Positions 57,746-64,000 of a DNA stretch of 64,000 nt are shown in pieces. The notes beneath the pieces are model-generated. The model did not search any database and was not told the origin of the DNA. It saw nothing but the letters and a program-made list of their open reading frames with translations. A program made the translations under genes and the position numbers. Source of the DNA: Ignavibacteria bacterium UBA2373 (lineage in GTDB: Bacteria; Bacteroidota; Ignavibacteria; Kapaibacteriales; UBA961); the NCBI GenBank assembly GCA_002344005.1, contig DDTD01000046.1, positions 66,403 through 130,402 on the forward strand, written 5' to 3'. How positions within the stretch are numbered: position 1 is the first letter of the stretch; each line of letters starts with the position of its first letter.

Positions 57746-59938
57746 TTAAAAATATGTTCTCCAATGCAGACGAATATTGGTGCCGGGTTCCGGAAAAATT
57801 GATTTAATTCTTGAAAGATGATTTCTGTATATGGTGTTGAAAAGATTATCGGCTGTCACAGTAACGGCATTGATAAATGTCCCCACAGAAAATCGAGTTT
57901 GTAAATATGCCCCACAAATCGTATATCCATTCGTTATTTCTTCAAAAGTATCGGTTCGTAATTGTGAGGCGGCAGTTTCTACTCGTATTCCTGCATTCCA
58001 ATTTTCTTTTGTGTATTGTAATTCGACCAATACTTTGAGAGGCGGAATCATAGGAAGCGGTCTTTGCTCATCCATATTATCTCCAACAGTAAAACTGCCT
58101 GTTATTTCTGTGGAAAGTCCATAGCCCAAACGTTGCGTAATTTTTGTTTCCACACCCCATATACGTGCGGCTAATGTTGATGTAGAAAATATTGGCAAAA
58201 ATGTTGCATAATTCGTATCACCTGTATTTCGAGGAGTAATAAACGATGAATAATTCATCAAAAAACCGGTAGCACTCACCGTTGTTGAAGTATCTTTGTA
58301 ATGTATAAATAGTTCAGAACCGTAACCGAGTTCATTGGGCAAATCAGGGTTTCCTGTTTCGAATGAATAAGCGGCTAAATGAGGACCGAGCGAAAATAAT
58401 TCTTCGGCAGTTGGTGGTCTATTGGAGCGAGTAAATGTTCCGCCAAGTGCAATATTGTCCGATAAAGGATGCAGTATAGAAATAGAAGCCGATAAAGAAG
58501 CAAAATCTTTTCTTTCGATACGTCCTATACGTGTATCTTTCTCCACATCGGGACTAATAGACAGATAATTAAAACGGAGAGCAGTTTGAAATTCTGTTTT
58601 TCCCCAATGCCATTCTTCAAAAATATATGGCGCATATTCAAGAACTGTATTTGCCGGGGTAAAGACAAATCCGCCATAACTGTAATATTTCAGAGAAAAA
58701 TATGCACCGATAGTACCATTGTCGAACAATGGATTACTATGTTGGATAATATCAAAATTTCCGGCATATGTCGTCACAAAAAATTCTGCACCTACAGCAC
58801 CATTCGATTCTTTTTCAGTGTGATGATAAAAAGTACGTGAAAGATTGACACGAATATCATCTGCAAAATCACCGTGAATATGAAAAGCTGTGCGCGTATT
58901 CACAGTACGTTTCAGCATTTCGATGCGTACACCTTTAGGATGAGCACCTATAAATCCGCCGGGTATTCCATATTGTGTTGTAAACTGTGCGAATGAAGCT
59001 CCGGCATCCGCATCTTCGTCAATATATCCACCGCCGAATGACAAATGCGATGTTGTGATATCGGTATTTGACAAAATACCTGTGGGTGCTGATATATTCT
59101 GCGTTGAACGAAGTCCGCCCATAGTTTTGAATGCAAAGGGTCCGATGGGAATTTCTGCTGAAGCAAGAGCAGAACCTCCTTGCAATACAGATTCATAGCC
59201 GCCGGCTACGGAAAACAAGGCATCATGTAAAAGGATGCGCGGAATGTCATCACGTATGGCATTGACAACGCCTCCCATCCCTGACGGAGAGTACAGCAAA
59301 GTCTTCGGTCCTCTGATAATTTCAATTTGCTCCATCATAGCAGGGTCTATGGCAACGGCGTGGTCGGGAGATGTTGCCGATAAATCCGCAGCGGGTACGC
59401 CATCTTCATTTATCTGGACGCGATTACCGCTTAGTCCGCGAATAACAGGTCGTGCAGGAGCAGGTCCCATAGAACGCACAGCAAGCCCGGCTTCATTGCG
59501 TAAGGTAGCCGCTAATGTTTGCCCAAGCTCTCTTTGTAATTCATTACCATGGAGAATATGGTCATGTTCCATGAGTTCGGTTAATTTTGACGATGATGAT
59601 GCCCTGTCTGTCACCACAACAGCCGGAGCTTCAATTGGTAATGGACTCAATGTGATGGCAATAGCAGCAGATACTGGCAGAGTAATATCAATATGGTCGG
59701 AACGATAGCCAATAGCTCTGATATCGAGATGATAACTGCCATTTGGAAGATTTTTGATAACAAACTTCCCTTCTTCATTGGCAGAATATGATTTCTGAAG
59801 TCGTTGAATAGTTATAACTGCATAAGGAATACCTTTGTTGGTATGCGCATCAAGGATAGTTCCTTGTACTGTTGTTTCTTGAGCAAATACGGCAGAAGTG
59901 ATTGTGAAAAAACACAAACAATAGAAGAAAAAGCGCAT
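57746..59938 (-). CDS. TonB-dependent outer-membrane receptor with N-terminal carboxypeptidase-regulatory-like domain
   Basis: Signal peptide, CarbopepD_reg-like TVQGTILDAHTNKGIPYAVITI, plug domain, beta-barrel with C-terminal aromatic residue (YF). Confidence 0.75.
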   Translation of the reverse strand: MRFFFYCLCFFTITSAVFAQETTVQGTILDAHTNKGIPYAVITIQRLQKSYSANEEGKFVIKNLPNGSYHLDIRAIGYRSDHIDITLPVSAAIAITLSPLPIEAPAVVVTDRASSSSKLTELMEHDHILHGNELQRELGQTLAATLRNEAGLAVRSMGPAPARPVIRGLSGNRVQINEDGVPAADLSATSPDHAVAIDPAMMEQIEIIRGPKTLLYSPSGMGGVVNAIRDDIPRILLHDALFSVAGGYESVLQGGSALASAEIPIGPFAFKTMGGLRSTQNISAPTGILSNTDITTSHLSFGGGYIDEDADAGASFAQFTTQYGIPGGFIGAHPKGVRIEMLKRTVNTRTAFHIHGDFADDIRVNLSRTFYHHTEKESNGAVGAEFFVTTYAGNFDIIQHSNPLFDNGTIGAYFSLKYYSYGGFVFTPANTVLEYAPYIFEEWHWGKTEFQTALRFNYLSISPDVEKDTRIGRIERKDFASLSASISILHPLSDNIALGGTFTRSNRPPTAEELFSLGPHLAAYSFETGNPDLPNELGYGSELFIHYKDTSTTVSATGFLMNYSSFITPRNTGDTNYATFLPIFSTSTLAARIWGVETKITQRLGYGLSTEITGSFTVGDNMDEQRPLPMIPPLKVLVELQYTKENWNAGIRVETAASQLRTDTFEEITNGYTICGAYLQTRFSVGTFINAVTVTADNLFNTIYRNHLSRIKSIFPEPGTNIRLHWRTYF

Positions 59939-59990
59939 AAAGTAAAATTACAAACCAAGAATCATTCACACAGACGCAAACAAACGTATT

Positions 59991-60848
59991 TTATGGATGC
60001 CAGACGAAATTATCAATAAGGCGTGTGGTGCCAAGGCGTATTGCCACAAGAAAGACAATGCTGTTATCATCAGAAAAATCAAGGGTTTCCATAAGAGTAT
60101 CGGCATGCACTGCTTGTGCATATTCAATATGAACATGGGGGATTGTCATAAGAATTTTCTGCATGATTGCTTGCAAACTATGAGCGTTTTTTTCTCCTTG
60201 TTGTCTGGCATCAACGGCTGCTGTCAGGGCTTTGTAAATCAATGATGCATTTTCACGATCATGTTCCGAAAGATAGACATTTCTTGAACTTCGAGCTAAA
60301 CCATTGAGTTCCCTTTCTGTGGGTGCAATGATGATACGAATATCGAAGTCAAGATCTTTGACTAAGCGTTTAATGACTAAAGTTTGTTGATAATCTTTTT
60401 GACCGAATACGGCAATATGAGGCTTTACGGCATTGAAGAGTTTAGCAACAACGGTCACGACACCATTAAAATGCCCGGGACGAGATACACCGTCAAATAC
60501 TTGGGATTCTTTACCTGCCAAAACCATGGATGAATATCCGTTTGGGTACATTTCTTCAACCGTGGGAGCATACATAATAGCAGCACCTGCCTCTTCCGCA
60601 ACATGACAATCTCTTTCAAAATCACGAGGATAACGAGAAAAATCCTCATTGGGTCCAAATTGCGTAGGATTAACGAATACCGACACAATGGTAATATCCG
60701 CTTCAAGGCATGAATGTCTGATAAGAGCAGCGTGTCCTTCATGGAGATACCCCATAGTGGGCACAAAGCCAATAGTTTTTCCTTTTGCACGCAGAACTGA
60801 GGAATAATTCTGCATTTCCTCAACGGATGTGATAATCTGTAATGGCAT
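59991..60848 (-). CDS. panC: Pantoate--beta-alanine ligase
   Basis: GFVPTMGYLHEGHAALIRHS (HIGH-type motif), 285 aa. Confidence 0.9.
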   Translation of the reverse strand: MPLQIITSVEEMQNYSSVLRAKGKTIGFVPTMGYLHEGHAALIRHSCLEADITIVSVFVNPTQFGPNEDFSRYPRDFERDCHVAEEAGAAIMYAPTVEEMYPNGYSSMVLAGKESQVFDGVSRPGHFNGVVTVVAKLFNAVKPHIAVFGQKDYQQTLVIKRLVKDLDFDIRIIIAPTERELNGLARSSRNVYLSEHDRENASLIYKALTAAVDARQQGEKNAHSLQAIMQKILMTIPHVHIEYAQAVHADTLMETLDFSDDNSIVFLVAIRLGTTRLIDNFVWHP

Positions 60849-61035
60849 TGTTTTTTGATTAACAGTAAAGATAAGCAGCGAAAATAGTCATTTATAGCGA
60901 CTGAGCGTTTTTAATCTTCGATTTGATTACGATAAAACGGAGAGGGTTATATGGCGGTTAGGGTAAAAAGTGATTATATCAGCACAACAATTCGACAGAG
61001 GACAAGGAAATACAATCGAAGAGATAGGCATAAAA

Positions 61036-61066
61036 AAAGTCCTTAACTTTAGAGAGTTAAGGACTT
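61036..61066 (-). terminator. Rho-independent terminator downstream of tRNA-Thr
   Basis: Stem AGTCCTTAAC / GTTAAGGACT preceded on the plus strand by ATAAAAAAA (a T-run on the minus strand). Confidence 0.6.
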
Positions 61067-61073
61067 ATGAACG

Positions 61074-61145
61074 AGCCAGCTATCGGATTTGAACCCATGA
61101 CCTGCTGATTACAAATCAGCTGCTCTACCCCTGAGCTAAGCTGGC
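61074..61145 (-). tRNA. tRNA-Thr (anticodon UGU), 72 nt, CCA not encoded
   Basis: Reverse complement GCCAGCTTAGCTCAGGGGTAGAGCAGCTGATTTGTAATCAGCAGGTCATGGGTTCAAATCCGATAGCTGGCT. Anticodon stem GCTGA/TCAGC with loop TTTGTAA (U33, TGT, A37). The T-stem has one G:G mismatch. Confidence 0.75.
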
Positions 61146-61335
61146 AAGCGCGCCAAAAGCGTCCGCAAAATTAAGAACTTTTTTAGAAATGACAAAATCT
61201 GTTGCAACTTTTTTAGGAGTTTCAATAAAATATTAAGAAATTTTTGCCCAAAGTGTTCCTTTTTTTGCGCAATCCTTCTATATTTGCGTTTATGGCAAAG
61301 CATTGTGTGTCAACAAAGTTATAATTAGGTGGTAA

Positions 61336-61779
61336 ATGTTCGAGCCGACGAAAAAGTATTTTTCCATTAGTGAGGTCGGAAAACTCATTGACGAACAGCA
61401 ACATGTTCTGCGATACTGGGAGCGTGAGTTTGGTGAGTTACGTCCCAAAAAGAATAGTGCCGGCAATAGGATTTACACTCAAAAAGATCTTGATTTATTG
61501 AAAGTTATCAAGATTATGCTGCGCAAAAAACGATTATCGGTCATTGATGCAAAGCTACAGTTAAAATCAACGGATATCAACGAGTTTCTTGCTCAAAACC
61601 CTTTTGATTTTATGACGGCGGCATCCGATACACAAGAAGAAACTCAAGCAAACACAGACACTCATGGTTCTGCCCACGATGGTACAAACAACGACGATTC
61701 GGTCAGAATACCTCGTGCAGAATTCAAGGCTATCTATGCAATGCTTAAAGACATTGAACAATTATTACGAACTGTATAA
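61336..61779 (+). CDS. MerR-family transcriptional regulator
   Basis: N-terminal HTH YFSISEVGKLIDEQQHVLRYWEREFGEL...RIYTQKDLDLLKVIK. Confidence 0.75.
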   Translation: MFEPTKKYFSISEVGKLIDEQQHVLRYWEREFGELRPKKNSAGNRIYTQKDLDLLKVIKIMLRKKRLSVIDAKLQLKSTDINEFLAQNPFDFMTAASDTQEETQANTDTHGSAHDGTNNDDSVRIPRAEFKAIYAMLKDIEQLLRTV

Positions 61780-61811
61780 TTCAATTACATTTACTCATTA
61801 AAGGGTTCTCT

Positions 61812-62810
61812 ATGGTGAAATCATTACGAGCGTTCATCTCCGCTGTTCCCTTGTTCTTTTTAGTTGTTATGCCCACACTGGCACAGCAGAGAACATACAG
61901 CATTGAGACAGTAGGAAAGCATGATGATGAAGTGTTAGGCGTATTCGTTAACGAAGCCGATACACGATTTGCAACATGCAGTGTTGATGAAACAATTAAA
62001 ATTTGGAGCTTGCCTGATGGTAAAGAACTCCGTACCCTCAAAGGGCATCTTGGTCAAGTAAACAATCTGTCATTCTCAGGTAATGACAAAATGCTTGCGA
62101 GCGGAAGCAGTGATCGCACCGTTCGTATATGGGACGTAGAATCCGGTAAACAGATTAACGTTCTCAAAGGTCATACTGCCGAAGTAATCGGGGTATATTT
62201 CAGCCAAGATGATACCAGTGGATATTTAGCAAGCACAAGTTTTGACAGAACTGTCAAGTTGTGGGATGTCAAAAATGGTGTAGAAGTGAAAACTTTACGC
62301 GGACATTCCTTACAAACAAATAATGTCGCATACAGCTATGACGGAAAATTTCTTGCCAGTTGCAGTGATGACAGAACAATCAAAATATGGTCAACTGACC
62401 CTAATTCTCGTGAGCCAATCATGAGTCTGGAAGGGCACAATGCTTCAGTATTAACCGTTCTGTTTAGTATGGATTCCAAAAATCTCTTTTCTGCCGATCA
62501 AGAGGGAATCATCAAAGTGTGGAGCATGCCGTCAGGTGAATTAGTTCGCACCATCGTTGCCCACAGCGATTTGATTCAAGATGTATCCATAGCATCCGAC
62601 AACAAAACATTAGTAAGCGGTAGCTTGGATAAATCCGTGAAAATGTGGGATATTTCAACAGGTGAGAATATTATGAAAATGGACATTGGAACTGAAGTAT
62701 GGAGCGTGGATTTAGTCAGCGATGCCTCCACTATTGTTATCGGTTGTGCCGATGGTAGCGTTCGTTTGCTCAAACAAACTAATACTACAATAAAGAAAGG
62801 CGGTAAATAA
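61812..62810 (+). CDS. WD40-repeat protein with signal peptide
   Basis: Seven WD repeats (GH...SxDxxx(L)ASxSxDxTIKIW pattern recurs), N-terminal signal sequence. Confidence 0.8.
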   Translation: MVKSLRAFISAVPLFFLVVMPTLAQQRTYSIETVGKHDDEVLGVFVNEADTRFATCSVDETIKIWSLPDGKELRTLKGHLGQVNNLSFSGNDKMLASGSSDRTVRIWDVESGKQINVLKGHTAEVIGVYFSQDDTSGYLASTSFDRTVKLWDVKNGVEVKTLRGHSLQTNNVAYSYDGKFLASCSDDRTIKIWSTDPNSREPIMSLEGHNASVLTVLFSMDSKNLFSADQEGIIKVWSMPSGELVRTIVAHSDLIQDVSIASDNKTLVSGSLDKSVKMWDISTGENIMKMDIGTEVWSVDLVSDASTIVIGCADGSVRLLKQTNTTIKKGGK

Positions 62811-62812
62811 AC

Positions 62813-63520
62813 ATGAAAAAAATTCTTACTTTAGTGTTGACCTTATCTTCATTGTTTTTTTCACACTCCTTATTTGCACAAATTAACGTTGTGGTAAGTG
62901 TGACAGGCACTGTATTAAAAGCGAATGATCGTAACCCTGCAAGTGTGAATATTACTTTTTATGATTCCAATAATAAGCGCGTAGGATCAAGCAGAAGCAA
63001 TGCCAAAGATGGCTATTATCTTGTAACCGGATTGAAGCCCGGTGAAACCTATAAAGTAAAAATCGAACATCCCGATTTTTTCCAAGAAGAAGTAACAGTA
63101 TCAACCCCAAGAACTTCAAAATACTCCGAATTATCGCGTGACTTTTTGGTGAAACCTTTAATTTCCGGTATTCGCTTACCTTTACCTGTCACGCCTTTTG
63201 AACTCAATAAATCGAAGTTGCGTGTCGGTTCTGAGGAATTTCTTGCCGAAACTGTAGAAGCTTTACTTATGAACCCTTCTGTCAAAGTACAGATTTCTTC
63301 TTACCCCGATGAAATGGAAAGCAAAGAGGCAAATATTAAATTGACACGTGAACGCTGCGAAACATTAAAAGCATTTTTTGTTGCAAAAGGTGTAAGTGCA
63401 GATAGAATTTCTATAGTTCCATCTGAAAATGCAGATCCAATTAATCCTCCACCGATGAAAAAAGCGGCAAAAGGTAAACGATATATCGGCTCAACTTATA
63501 TTGTGGTAACAAAAATCTAA
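62813..63520 (+). CDS. OmpA-family protein (CarbopepD_reg-like N-domain plus OmpA-like C-domain), signal peptide
   Basis: Signal peptide with FAQ cleavage context, beta N-domain, C-terminal OmpA/MotB-like segment (LRVGSEEFLAETVEALLMNPSVKVQISSYPD...TRERCETLKAFFVAKGVSADRI). Confidence 0.55.
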   Translation: MKKILTLVLTLSSLFFSHSLFAQINVVVSVTGTVLKANDRNPASVNITFYDSNNKRVGSSRSNAKDGYYLVTGLKPGETYKVKIEHPDFFQEEVTVSTPRTSKYSELSRDFLVKPLISGIRLPLPVTPFELNKSKLRVGSEEFLAETVEALLMNPSVKVQISSYPDEMESKEANIKLTRERCETLKAFFVAKGVSADRISIVPSENADPINPPPMKKAAKGKRYIGSTYIVVTKI

Positions 63521-63608
63521 TATTGCACCTTATCGGATTATTTCTTTCCAAAGACTGCTCAGAGTAATGGGCAGTCTTTTTTTTATGGACAAATGAGTGA
63601 TATCTTTA

Positions 63609-64000
63609 TCATACGACAGGTAATTCAACAATAAACGTAGTACCGCTCCCTTTACCTTTACTTTCTGCCCATATTTTTCCATTATGTAACTCAACAATAT
63701 GCTTGACAATATGTAAGCCCAACCCCGTAGAATGTTCTCCCCCCGTAGGTAATGATGAAAGTTTTTGAAATTGGCCGAATAATTTATCTACATCATCATC
63801 AGATAGACCTTGACCTTGATCATGAATGCTTACACGAAGAGTATTATCTATACGCTCAGAAAGTACTGTAATAAATGTATGATTATATGAATATTTAGAA
63901 GCATTACTCAAAATATTTTCAAAGACTTGAAATAATCTTTTTTCATCACCTTGTACATGGTCATCATTACATACCGACAGAGAAACGATTTGTTCTTTGC
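63609..64000 (-). CDS. Sensor histidine kinase, C-terminal HATPase_c portion (gene continues beyond the window end)
   Basis: N-box QVFENILSNASKYS, G1 box DQGQGL, G2 box GLGLHIVKHIVELHNGKIW. The frame stays open to the last base of the window. Confidence 0.75.
   Translation of the reverse strand, partial: KEQIVSLSVCNDDHVQGDEKRLFQVFENILSNASKYSYNHTFITVLSERIDNTLRVSIHDQGQGLSDDDVDKLFGQFQKLSSLPTGGEHSTGLGLHIVKHIVELHNGKIWAESKGKGSGTTFIVELPVV

Noticed and set aside
61074-61145. tRNA-Tyr reading (anticodon GTA) of this tRNA
   Set aside because: That reading requires an anticodon stem CTGAT/ATCAG shifted by one base. The tRNA has a short variable arm (bacterial tRNA-Tyr has a long one). The GCTGA/TCAGC stem gives the canonical U33-TGT-A37 loop of tRNA-Thr.

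Overview
This 64-kb window is a low-GC chromosomal segment from a flagellated bacterium that uses the standard genetic code. The long ORFs are intact (2165, 1024, 794 aa). The backbone is housekeeping: ruvC, dapF, tsaC-like, fumC, rpsU, thyX, a di-heme cytochrome c peroxidase, hrcA, two SurA/PpiC-type PPIases, purK, mtaB, panC, tRNA-Ser(GCU) and tRNA-Thr(UGU). Roughly 28.9-45.5 kb on the minus strand is a contiguous Firmicutes/spirochete-style flagellar cluster: flgB-flgC-[orf]-fliE-fliF-fliG-fliH-fliI-fliJ-[MotE/YlxF-like]-fliK-flgD-[orf]-flgE. Its FliK homologue is extraordinarily long (2165 aa) and carries internal ~82-84 aa tandem repeats. Several secreted proteins end in T9SS-like C-terminal sorting domains, which points to an FCB-group-like lineage. 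Accessory content worth a second look: (1) a C39-peptidase ABC exporter with a HlyD adaptor, and 6.6 kb away a textbook double-glycine-leader peptide gene that the ORF track misses; (2) an AT-rich island (21.2-23.95 kb) of orphan EndoU-like toxin C-terminal/immunity cassettes bounded by clustered REP/BIME-like GC-rich mini-hairpins and 36-bp direct repeats; (3) five arrays of perfect 21-bp tandem repeats in two loci (20.3-20.9 kb and 45.7-47.1 kb), open in several frames as heptad-repeat ORFs; one array sits just upstream of flgB, and an inverted partial copy lies 3.1 kb away; (4) a methyltransferase gene split by a single in-frame TAA; (5) a membrane GAF-GAF protein with a degenerate GGDEF domain. 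Gene calls rest on motif-level recognition from the translated ORFs. No database search was possible.
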